NCBI GenBank assembly: GCA_964001175.1
Contig: CAXFAS010000007.1
Span: 9,611-73,610, forward strand
Length of the DNA stretch: 64,000 nucleotides
Source of the DNA: an uncultured euryarchaeote
Lineage (GTDB): Archaea; Thermoplasmatota; Poseidoniia; Poseidoniales; Poseidoniaceae
Reading direction: 5' to 3'
The notes below the pieces were generated by a model. The model saw only the letters and a program-made list of their open reading frames with translations, searched no databases and was not told the origin of the DNA. Below are positions 40,866 to 49,430 of the stretch, one piece after another (within the stretch, counting starts at the first letter, position 1; every line of letters starts with the position of its first letter). The position numbers and the translations under genes were made by a program.

Positions 40866-41329
40866 GAAATACAACAATGAGTAAGGATACAAATGGTGCA
40901 GCCACTGAACTTGGCTACATCTTCACCTTCTTACTTGGAGTACTATTACTATCAATGTTCAGTATGTGGGCTTGGGATATCGAAACCGCTACAAGGGAAA
41001 GATGGAATCAAGAGGCAATTCAAGCAAACATGGATGATATTGCTTCAGCGGTGGAAAGGGCCGACCAAGCTAGTAGGATGGGTGATATCGAATATTCCGA
41101 GTCAATCTATTGGCGTGCAACTGAGGCTGATGAAAATCAGTTCACTTTGACTCTTAGTAATGAATTATTATCGCTTCAAGATGGTGGCGGTACTCTAGAC
41201 ATGGAAGTTTCCATCTCGGGAGCCGGTAGTGGAGAACATACTGGGACAATTGAATTATCAGGCATTAGTACAATCTGGGTAGTTCATTCAGATGGAGTTA
41301 CAAGTTTACAACTGTACAGGCCTCAGTAA
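40862..41329 (+). CDS. small pilin-like protein (class III-type N-terminus), 155 aa
   Basis: ATGA overlap with the upstream gene. N-terminus MSKDTNGAATELGYIFTFLLGVLLLSMFSMW resembles the haloarchaeal minor-pilin-like DUF families (xxLGYVLTLGI pattern). Confidence 0.65.
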   Translation: MRNTTMSKDTNGAATELGYIFTFLLGVLLLSMFSMWAWDIETATRERWNQEAIQANMDDIASAVERADQASRMGDIEYSESIYWRATEADENQFTLTLSNELLSLQDGGGTLDMEVSISGAGSGEHTGTIELSGISTIWVVHSDGVTSLQLYRPQ

Positions 41330-43885
41330 TTATATCCCCATTACTGCATTATGAACTTGTGTCTGAACTTCCCTCATTCTTGATTTTGCACCAAGTTCTC
41401 TAAAGACAGATAGAGCCCTTTGAAGATATTCCATCCTGCGAGATTTGTCTGATGCGACTGTTCCTAAACGAGTCAATAACTCTCCAATTTGCATTCTCAA
41501 GTCATTCGCTTCAGCAATAACAAGAGCTTCCCGGAAGTGTTCCATTGCTTCGTCACTTCTTCCTGCATCTTGAAGAACTTCACCGAGAAGAATAGTAATA
41601 TCCACCATTGATAGAATATCCCCTTCCTCACCCATTGCCTCAAGAGCATTTGTATAATGATGAGAAGCGACATCTAAATCACCTACTTTGGCATGGTATC
41701 TTCCTAAAACTGCTTGAGCACGAGCATGAATTTGTTGATTCTCAGAATTATCAGACTTCTCAAAAGCATTCATAGCATGTTTTCTTGCTCGTTCGACTTC
41801 ACCCAAGTCTAGGAAAGAACGAGCTAAAATCAGTTGTGCCGAAATTAATTCAATATCATCATTCTGTTCAAGAATTGTCTCTACCTCTCCGTACGATTCG
41901 AGAGCCTTGGAGCGATCATTCTTACGCCTCAAAAGGTAGCCCATATTGTTGTAACATCTAGCAGCGCCTTGTGCGTCTCCTAACTCTATGAAATTCTTTA
42001 ATGCCTCATTATGCATCGAAAGTGCATCATCAAGATTTCCTTGCTTTAGCGAAATATCTGCTTGTGCAGAAAGTACTTCTGCCTTAATTGAAATATTCTT
42101 CAATTTCTTAGCACCGTCTTCCGCCTCTAGGAAAACAACCTTTGCCTCTTCAAAACGGCCGAGAAGTGCTAAAATTTCTCCTTGAAGTTGCTTTATTCTT
42201 GTTTTTGAATCAATTTCAACTTCTTTAAGATCTATATTTTCGATTAAACCTAGTAATTCCATGTAACCTAATGAAACAAGATTTCTACCATCCTCAACGA
42301 TTATTTTTGCGGCTTCATCATTTAGATCAGAACTGATGTAATGATAAATGAGTTCGATAGTAAAACCAGGTGTTTGTTTTGCTTTTGAATACCATTCTGC
42401 ACACTTAATATGGGACTCAATCTTAACTTTTTCATCTAAACTTCTAAGTAAAAATTCTCGAATTAAATCGTGAACATCGTAAATCTCAGATTCAACCTGT
42501 CGAGCCAATCCTTGTTCAACTAATGAATCAAGTTCATCAATGTCTAGACTTTGTTCACTTAGAGCATCAATTGGGATTGGCTCTCGGTATATTGATAGTG
42601 CAGAAAGTAATCTCTTCTGTTCGCCACTTAACTTAGAAAATATTTCTACTGTGACATAGTTTTCTAATGTTTCATGGAAAGCACCGGCTGATGCACCACG
42701 GTTGATTAATTCCAAAACAAGAGGATGTCCTCTCGAAATTCCATGGATATACAACCACTGCTCTTCTTCAAGATTATCGAAACTACTGAGTAACTTTCTA
42801 CCAGAATCTGAATCGAGTCCATCAAGTGGAAGAACTAAACTAGCAATCCTACCTTCAGCATCCTTGGCAGGAACTACCGGTTTGAAAGAACGTGAGAATA
42901 ATATCAACCCAATTTCTTCCTCACTGCCCAAAAGCCCGAGAGCCATCGCTTGGAATGTCTGATGGAGAGTTGTATCAGATATTTTATGGAAATCATCGAT
43001 TACAATAAGGGATGGTGAACCACCTAGAGCATCGATAAGTAGTCTTGCCGAATCTGCTGGTTTTGGAACGGGTGTTGTAGCGATATAATCAGCAAAATTT
43101 GAGTCTCCGATATTTGCCAACCAATCTGCAATAGATTCAAAGAAAGATCTAGAACCTTCCCAATCTTGACATCTATGATAAAACAGATTCCTTCTATGCA
43201 TGAACCTTTCAATTAATTTCGAGGCCATGGTAGTTTTACCAATTCCTGCAATACCAGGAACCATTAGAGTAGTTGCTCTTGCATCTAATAAATTACACAT
43301 GTTATCAAGTTCTTTTTCTCTTCCATAAAAGTGTCTTAATCTTGGTAAATCACCCAAGGCAGTAACAAGTTGCTTCTCAACATGCTTCGATAAATCTCTT
43401 TCAATTAAATCAGCAGAGAGCATTCTAATATCTAAAATGCAATTTTCATCCATGTACCTGATAATATCTACTGATCGCATGCTGAACGGTAGTACAGAAT
43501 TAATTTCACCAAGATTAGTATTAACTATTTGACCATCTTCAAGAATACACCGCAATTGAAAATTTCTAAGTTCATTCCATGTTTCTTCAGCAATATTCAT
43601 GCCAGAATCTGTCAAGAAGTAGGCCTTTCTTTTACGTGACACACCTTTTACGTGGGCTTGTCTTTCAATTAGTAATCCTTGATCTTTCAGTCCTGCAATC
43701 GCCCTAGGAACGTTTGAACGAGCAATTGCCACAGCATTAGCAATTCCCATTTGAGAAAGAGAGAAAGGAACTTCTACACTACTTTTGTAATCCGAATAAT
43801 CTAACAAATGTAAGAGAATTCTCTCTTGAACGCCAGGTTTAGCATTAGTAGCTATAGTATCACCCCGATTATTGATTGTGAACAT
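41330..43885 (-). CDS. STAND-type regulator: N-terminal winged-HTH + P-loop NTPase (Arch_ATPase/AAA_16-like) + C-terminal TPR array
   Basis: wHTH segment LSQMGIANAVAIARSNVPRAIAGLKDQGLLIE...RKRKAYFLTDSG. FYGREKELDNM, Walker A VPGIAGIGKTT and Walker B LIVIDDFHKI. About 300 aa of TPR-like repeats (ARCYNNMGYLL..., LGRYHAKVGDLDVA...). Confidence 0.8.
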   Translation of the reverse strand: MFTINNRGDTIATNAKPGVQERILLHLLDYSDYKSSVEVPFSLSQMGIANAVAIARSNVPRAIAGLKDQGLLIERQAHVKGVSRKRKAYFLTDSGMNIAEETWNELRNFQLRCILEDGQIVNTNLGEINSVLPFSMRSVDIIRYMDENCILDIRMLSADLIERDLSKHVEKQLVTALGDLPRLRHFYGREKELDNMCNLLDARATTLMVPGIAGIGKTTMASKLIERFMHRRNLFYHRCQDWEGSRSFFESIADWLANIGDSNFADYIATTPVPKPADSARLLIDALGGSPSLIVIDDFHKISDTTLHQTFQAMALGLLGSEEEIGLILFSRSFKPVVPAKDAEGRIASLVLPLDGLDSDSGRKLLSSFDNLEEEQWLYIHGISRGHPLVLELINRGASAGAFHETLENYVTVEIFSKLSGEQKRLLSALSIYREPIPIDALSEQSLDIDELDSLVEQGLARQVESEIYDVHDLIREFLLRSLDEKVKIESHIKCAEWYSKAKQTPGFTIELIYHYISSDLNDEAAKIIVEDGRNLVSLGYMELLGLIENIDLKEVEIDSKTRIKQLQGEILALLGRFEEAKVVFLEAEDGAKKLKNISIKAEVLSAQADISLKQGNLDDALSMHNEALKNFIELGDAQGAARCYNNMGYLLRRKNDRSKALESYGEVETILEQNDDIELISAQLILARSFLDLGEVERARKHAMNAFEKSDNSENQQIHARAQAVLGRYHAKVGDLDVASHHYTNALEAMGEEGDILSMVDITILLGEVLQDAGRSDEAMEHFREALVIAEANDLRMQIGELLTRLGTVASDKSRRMEYLQRALSVFRELGAKSRMREVQTQVHNAVMGI

Positions 43886-46800
43886 AATCAGGATCTGGGA
43901 CCCATTGGTTCGTTTCTACGTCCCAAATCCATCCAGGATGTTGAGAACTTGTTGTCTGTTGTTGAACTTGCTGTTGAACCTGTTGGACCTGTTGGACCTG
44001 TTGGACTTGCTGGACTGGTTGTTGTGGAGTAATCTCTGGAACGGTTTTTTGTTTTGCCCACGCATATGGATCAACATTCTGTTGCTGTTCATTCGTTTCG
44101 AAATATTCCTCTTCTAATTCGTCTTCAAAGGTAAAGAAAAATGCTCCGACTCCAACCAAAACTGCCAATGCAACCACTATGATTATGATGATTAAAAGTA
44201 GATTAGAGCTCTCGTCTTCAGCAACCATCGATAATTTAAATTCTGTATTTTCTTCATTACTATTGGAACTGAATAACTGTCCATCCATCTCAAATACTAC
44301 AGTTCTGGAATCTGCTGAACCTAGTTGGCTTGTAGTTACAAACATTTGCCAAGTACCATCAGAAAGAACACGTGTAGAATTGATTTCTTGACCAGAGCCT
44401 GAATCAAATCTCGCTTTAACTAAACTGTTAGGTAGGCCAACTCCTGAAAAGGATGCAGGCTCAGAAGTCGTAATAACTGAATTTGTATCATCTCGAATTA
44501 CTGTGAACTTAATTGCTTCAATAGTTATGTCTACCGAACGGGAAAGAGTAGATAACTCACTATTGTCAGTAGCTTTGAATTTGACGTTTTCAAGTGACCA
44601 GCCACCTATATTGTCAGAACGAGTAGCTGATGGATTGTAAGTAGCAATACCATCTATTGAAATCGAGAAATATGAATCATAAAAGTTATCCAATTCAGTA
44701 CTAGGATCATCATATACTTCATAAATCAAAATAGCACCTTCTGGGTCATTGAAGAATTCATTCAAATTGAATACTGCGCCTATTCCACATCTGTTCAAGT
44801 TTCTCGATTCTTCATCGCAGTATACTTTGACAGTATTTGCCCACCCTGAAGGATCAAATGATGGAGGTAAATTATCTACTGAATTATCAATTGTTATGAA
44901 TACTGAAACCTCATCCGAGAAATCTTCACCATCAAAAGAGCGCATTACAATTTCGTAAACTGAATTATGAGGTAGAGTGTTAGTCTTCCAAATGTTAGTT
45001 AAATCCCATGATGTATTGAAAATACCATTATCGATTTGATCTTGTCTAATGATAATATTTGTAGGAGAATTACCAGTTGATCTTCCTCCCTGATAAATAT
45101 CAATTTCAACACGAGTTACAATTCCATCATTATCCCAAACATATCCTGATATCGAAGTTGATTCACTTCCTCTAATCACTTCAGTATCATATATACTCTC
45201 TAGGACAATTCCTGGCTCTGCATTGTCATTTTCAATATTCACTTGAATTGATTTTGCATCACAGGTTTCAGCATTGTAATCATTTTTACAGAAATCACTA
45301 TCCGCAGCCCAAATCGTGAATGTATAAGTTCCAGTTTGATATATGGAATAGTCCCAGTCGTAAGACCATGCAGTTAGAGATTGACCGACTTCTGAATTAA
45401 CTCCAAACTTAGAAGTTTGGCCATTTGCCTCATTTCTAATTTCAAACCATATGGTTTGGATATCACTACCTAAAATCCCAAAGTATGCGTCAGAAGCTGT
45501 TCCACTGAATGTAACAATAGAACCTTTGGCTGAACTAGGTGTATGAGTTTGACCATTCGATGGAGTATTGATCACAACATCAGGAGCTTCCAAATTCAAT
45601 TTGAATTTTCTAATTGTGATTGGAGAATACTCTAGTCCATCATATGAACGGACCTTGAATGAAACATCACCTTCTCCTTCCGAATATGACGACATATCCC
45701 AATTAAAAGTCCAAGTACTGAAAGGATAAATTTCCTTTGTGATTACTCCTCCTGAATTTGAAGTATCAGTTGCAGAATACCACTGACTAGATCCGGGTGG
45801 TTGGATTTGAACATCTTCGACATAACCTGATTGTTTCTGCATAGAAATTATATCAGTTGCATAAGGAGGTGCAAGTCCATCCCAAGCAGTTCCACTGAGT
45901 GAAACAATACGGGCAAATGAAGTAAATTCAGGTTGAGTCAAAGTCACACTAGGTGGCATATTCTCGAGACTGATTATATCGTCGATAGGCCCTGTTAGAT
46001 TAAAATCAGATTGAAAGATACCTTTGCCAAACTTGTATGCTTCAACGCTGTAAGACGGAATTTCCCTTCCTGTAGCACAGTCAGGATCATCGTCATCGGT
46101 CAATGTATCTCCATCGTTATCATAGCCATCCGAACATGTATTTTCATCCATGACAGTGGTTATCGCAGGAGGTCCAGGGTCTAGTACAACTGTAACTCCT
46201 TGCTCACCGACTTGATTATTCCAATTACGGTCCAAGTAGAAATTGCTGGGAAGAGTTACTTCAGGTGTATATCCAAACTGGTCTGTAGTCAATGAATAAA
46301 GTGGGAAACCAGTGGAATTTTTGATTACCACTGTTGCACCATCAACATCGCTATTCAATGCCTTTACTTGGAACCTAACCAGTTCACCTTCACGAACTTG
46401 TGTACCCCATGGAGTGTTTTGATTTTTAACATGTATCTTAGAGGTGTCAAAGTTTTGAAGTCCAGCATACGATAATACCGTTGAGTTGTTTACCAATTCC
46501 AAAGACATAGGCATACCTGCAGGAGGCATTTCATCGGTATTTGGGACATTAAGACACTCATTTTGTACAGCAGGGCACTGTGCTCCAAGCCATCTTAACT
46601 GTATTGGGAATATTTCATCTCCGCCTGCATCAGGTATATATTCAGACTGAATAGTAACTCTTGATTCTGTTATATTGTAAACTTGCGTTGCATTTGTGAA
46701 TGTATTTTCGGAAAAATAGCCTATTGAACCGTACTTGTTTCCGTAATTATCATCATGGTGAGAAATATTCACTCCGAAACTTTGAGTTTCCATAGTATTT

Positions 46801-48278
46801 CCTTGAACATTCACGATACCACCTTTTATTCTCAATGCATCACCGACACTGTTCGTGATTGTATTATTGTACAGAGTCGCAGAAGTTCGGAAAATATGTA
46901 TTGCAGGGCATTGGAAATCTCCGCCATACATAGACTGAGAATTACAAGTTCCAGAATTATTGGAGATTATATTTCCTTCCATATACAATCTTGATTTTGT
47001 CGGTTGAACAGAAGGCCAACCCTGATCTCTGTAGTGATATTCTCCGTGAACTACTGGCTCTCTAGCAGTATCTGTGATAGTATTACCAATCGCGACTACC
47101 TCTGATGATCCATAAATCCATATCCCATTATAGCCACCAATAGGGCCGATGATATTGTTATATAGCGAAGCAGTAGATGAACGAATAGCAACTCCTGAAC
47201 TATCTTCTACACCCGATATGGTATTATCTGAGGCTGAGATTTTTGCCCCGTCATATGCAGTAATTCCTGCGCGACTAGCGGTTACTATTGTATTATTATT
47301 AATTTCAAAAGTGTGCCTAATATCCCCAGTCTGTTTCAAACCTTTAGTATCAACAGCTGCACAATTGACGTTGATGGTAGAGCCAGTGAGTTCACCCGAA
47401 GACTGAGTGAAAAATGTTCCAAAACCATTATCCGAAATATCGATATTTGTTAGCGAAGCATAACTGTTTTCAACCCAAATCATGGAAATACCATTACCGT
47501 TGTTACCGCAAGTTGCTTCAGAATTACCAGTAAATGTTGATCCTGATACATAAAAAGGACTTGCACTACCTGAACCTGCACCATAAGCTGCTATGGCAGA
47601 GCGACCACCCAAAGAGTATGCATCAGAACCTAAGGTAAATTCCGAATTAGAAATCGTTGGATTGGCAAGATCTACAAGGAGAATGTTAGATGAATTAACA
47701 TTAGTGAATTTGAGTCCATTAGCAAATGTATTAGGTCCATCAAATACTAATGCACCATATTTCGCATCTAAGCCGTTGATGGTATCGACTCCTATTTCAA
47801 ATCCAAAAGCATTTTCAAACTCTACGAAATTGAGGCCTGTCTTAGATTCATCAATCGTATTTCTAATGACCATTCCAGAACCACATGCAGCGTCAATACT
47901 TATCACGCAGTGGCCTCTAACAGTGTAGTCAGTAGGTAAATCCCAGGAGAATGTAGTCATTGAAGAACTAGAACCATCGGTTGAACCCCCACAAGTTTTG
48001 GACGCTACACAAATTGCACCTTGTACATCGATATATTTCCCAAATGGGATATTAATCGTAGCACCTGCACTAACTACTAAAGTAGCACCTGCAGCTATTG
48101 TTACATTATCAGTTAAAGTGTGGGTTCCTGACCATGTTTCTTGCCCATTGAGAGTACCAGAAGTTGTTTGATTGATACCCGCAGCAGTTGAAGAAGGGAT
48201 AACTAACATTGTAGTTAGAGTTGAGAAAATTAGTAGTGCAACTAAAGATATACTTTTACCTGTTTTATTATCTGACAT
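43869..48278 (-). CDS. giant surface protein (1469 aa): signal peptide, right-handed parallel beta-helix (PbH1) repeats, acidic Cys-flanked D-rich motif, Ig-like modules, TM and Q-rich cytoplasmic tail with terminal Trp motif
   Basis: KSISLVALLIFSTLTTMLVIPSSTAAG signal peptide. PbH1-type NNTIVTASRAGITAY...DNTISG...NNIIG...GNTITD. CSDGYDNDGDTLTDDDDPDC motif. TM segment LLLIIIIIVVALAVLVGVGAFFF. Tail ...QQPVQQVQQVQQVQQVQQQ...HPGWIWDVETNQWVPDPDYVHNQ. Confidence 0.85.
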   Translation of the reverse strand: MSDNKTGKSISLVALLIFSTLTTMLVIPSSTAAGINQTTSGTLNGQETWSGTHTLTDNVTIAAGATLVVSAGATINIPFGKYIDVQGAICVASKTCGGSTDGSSSSMTTFSWDLPTDYTVRGHCVISIDAACGSGMVIRNTIDESKTGLNFVEFENAFGFEIGVDTINGLDAKYGALVFDGPNTFANGLKFTNVNSSNILLVDLANPTISNSEFTLGSDAYSLGGRSAIAAYGAGSGSASPFYVSGSTFTGNSEATCGNNGNGISMIWVENSYASLTNIDISDNGFGTFFTQSSGELTGSTINVNCAAVDTKGLKQTGDIRHTFEINNNTIVTASRAGITAYDGAKISASDNTISGVEDSSGVAIRSSTASLYNNIIGPIGGYNGIWIYGSSEVVAIGNTITDTAREPVVHGEYHYRDQGWPSVQPTKSRLYMEGNIISNNSGTCNSQSMYGGDFQCPAIHIFRTSATLYNNTITNSVGDALRIKGGIVNVQGNTMETQSFGVNISHHDDNYGNKYGSIGYFSENTFTNATQVYNITESRVTIQSEYIPDAGGDEIFPIQLRWLGAQCPAVQNECLNVPNTDEMPPAGMPMSLELVNNSTVLSYAGLQNFDTSKIHVKNQNTPWGTQVREGELVRFQVKALNSDVDGATVVIKNSTGFPLYSLTTDQFGYTPEVTLPSNFYLDRNWNNQVGEQGVTVVLDPGPPAITTVMDENTCSDGYDNDGDTLTDDDDPDCATGREIPSYSVEAYKFGKGIFQSDFNLTGPIDDIISLENMPPSVTLTQPEFTSFARIVSLSGTAWDGLAPPYATDIISMQKQSGYVEDVQIQPPGSSQWYSATDTSNSGGVITKEIYPFSTWTFNWDMSSYSEGEGDVSFKVRSYDGLEYSPITIRKFKLNLEAPDVVINTPSNGQTHTPSSAKGSIVTFSGTASDAYFGILGSDIQTIWFEIRNEANGQTSKFGVNSEVGQSLTAWSYDWDYSIYQTGTYTFTIWAADSDFCKNDYNAETCDAKSIQVNIENDNAEPGIVLESIYDTEVIRGSESTSISGYVWDNDGIVTRVEIDIYQGGRSTGNSPTNIIIRQDQIDNGIFNTSWDLTNIWKTNTLPHNSVYEIVMRSFDGEDFSDEVSVFITIDNSVDNLPPSFDPSGWANTVKVYCDEESRNLNRCGIGAVFNLNEFFNDPEGAILIYEVYDDPSTELDNFYDSYFSISIDGIATYNPSATRSDNIGGWSLENVKFKATDNSELSTLSRSVDITIEAIKFTVIRDDTNSVITTSEPASFSGVGLPNSLVKARFDSGSGQEINSTRVLSDGTWQMFVTTSQLGSADSRTVVFEMDGQLFSSNSNEENTEFKLSMVAEDESSNLLLIIIIIVVALAVLVGVGAFFFTFEDELEEEYFETNEQQQNVDPYAWAKQKTVPEITPQQPVQQVQQVQQVQQVQQQVQQQTTSSQHPGWIWDVETNQWVPDPDYVHNQ
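43961..44023 (-). repeat. in-frame 9-nt tandem repeat (3 perfect + ~4 degenerate units) encoding (QQV)n in the cytoplasmic tail of the 1469-aa protein
   Basis: Plus strand: gttgaactt gctgttgaa CCTGTTGGA CCTGTTGGA CCTGTTGGA cttgctgga ctggttgtt. The perfect core is 43979-44005. Confidence 0.9.
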
Positions 48279-48344
48279 ATTCGGGCCTCTAGTTTGGCAT
48301 CGTAGACTGGATTATAACACTGTTCACTGAAAGTCTCCATAAAA

Positions 48345-48411
48345 ATATCAATTTGGATTTTGTGTATCACAAAAAACTGCACAAGAGTATCAATATCATG
48401 TTAAAGTATCA
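48345..48411. promoter_or_regulatory. array of five RTATCA (minus strand TGATAY) hexamers in the spacer upstream of the beta-helix giant / STAND operon
   Basis: Plus-strand copies at 48345 (atatca), 48364 (gtatca), 48387 (gtatca), 48393 (atatca) and 48406 (gtatca). On the minus strand, TATA-like gttataat and a GAGG lie between the array and the ATG at 48278. Confidence 0.3.
48371..48376 (-). terminator. oligo-T (T6 on the minus strand) ~55 nt downstream of the subtilase stop
   Basis: Plus strand aaaaaa at 48371-48376, which reads gcagTTTTTTgtg on the minus strand. Candidate archaeal terminator; not validated. Confidence 0.25.
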
Positions 48412-48428
48412 AATTTAACTAGGTTTTT

Positions 48429-49430
48429 TCAGCAATTTGGCATTGTTCTAACTTGCTCTAACCAAGCACTAGCGTCCAAATTCCCATATCCAAGTAAATC
48501 ATCATGTTCAATTATAGAATTTGAAGCACTTATCCGAAGTGCCTGTTTAACTTCGCCGATACAGGAGTTATCCAACGTTGCTGATGGTCTCAATTGTGGC
48601 TGGTCTTGTAGAATAAGTGCTAGAGCACCTGTAACAAATACTGTAGAGTCTGAGGTCCCACTACTAGAATACCACTGTCCGTCAGATCCAGTACTGACAA
48701 TTCTAACCCCTGGTGCAATAATTTCGGGTTTTTGGTTAGGATGAACTCTCTGTTCACCAGATATAGTAACCTGACTTCCTTTAGAACTATTTTCCCAAAC
48801 TTCGCCACCCTGAGATGATGCACCAACAGAAATTACCAGTGGAACATTACTTGGGACAGAAACACGACCATCATCACCATTTCCTCCATCATTTCCTGCA
48901 GCAGCCACAACAAAAATGCCTCGATCAAGAGCTTTTCTTACAGAAGAAACACTAGGTCCTTCTCGGGTCATTGATTCACTTTGGGTTCCACCTAAAGAGA
49001 GGGAAATTATGTCTGCCGAAAAACTGTCCATGCACCATTCAATTGCATCAGAAATCTTTTGCTCATCTGCAGTATTAACACCAGTTCCATCGTCACTAAG
49101 TGCAGCTACTACTCCTAAATCGACATTAGGAGAGACACCGTACTGATGCTCTTGTGACACAAGTATACCCGCCATTAGAGTACCGTGAGCTGTTGCTCCA
49201 TAATCCACAGGACTATTCGAGTTGGAAATCATGTCCTTAAAGACAAGATTTGTATTCTTAAAAGAAGGATGCGAAATATCAATACCAGTATCAACTATAC
49301 AGACTCTAATACCTTCTCCTGTTAAGCCATCAAATACCTCTTCATCAAAACCAGCTTCTTCGAAGGCCCACTCCGATTTTGCCGGAGGTAGTTCCACAAA
49401 CATGTAACCTGATTGCCAAACCCATAGCAT
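48429..49430 (-). CDS. subtilisin-like serine protease (peptidase S8); the frame is open upstream to 49652 and encodes a TM/signal anchor there
   Basis: Asp VCIVDTGID, His HGTLMAGIL, Asn AAAGNDG and Ser GTSDSTVFVTGA in D-H-S order. See the finding on the start codon. Confidence 0.85.
   Translation of the reverse strand: MLWVWQSGYMFVELPPAKSEWAFEEAGFDEEVFDGLTGEGIRVCIVDTGIDISHPSFKNTNLVFKDMISNSNSPVDYGATAHGTLMAGILVSQEHQYGVSPNVDLGVVAALSDDGTGVNTADEQKISDAIEWCMDSFSADIISLSLGGTQSESMTREGPSVSSVRKALDRGIFVVAAAGNDGGNGDDGRVSVPSNVPLVISVGASSQGGEVWENSSKGSQVTISGEQRVHPNQKPEIIAPGVRIVSTGSDGQWYSSSGTSDSTVFVTGALALILQDQPQLRPSATLDNSCIGEVKQALRISASNSIIEHDDLLGYGNLDASAWLEQVRTMPNC

Noticed and set aside
41330-43885. The STAND NTPase as an Avs-like antiviral defence gene, possibly paired with the nearby S8 protease.
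   Set aside because: The N-terminal module is a winged-HTH, not a nuclease, protease or other effector. The protease is separated from it by a 4.4 kb surface protein gene. No other defence hallmarks are nearby (no restriction, CRISPR-Cas, toxin-antitoxin or integrase genes). A transcriptional-regulator role fits better, although I cannot exclude defence without profile searches.
43961-44023. Short tandem repeat considered as a possible CRISPR array or minisatellite locus.
   Set aside because: The units are 9 nt with no spacers, are in frame, and encode a Q-rich tail. No CRISPR-like repeat-spacer structure exists anywhere in the window.
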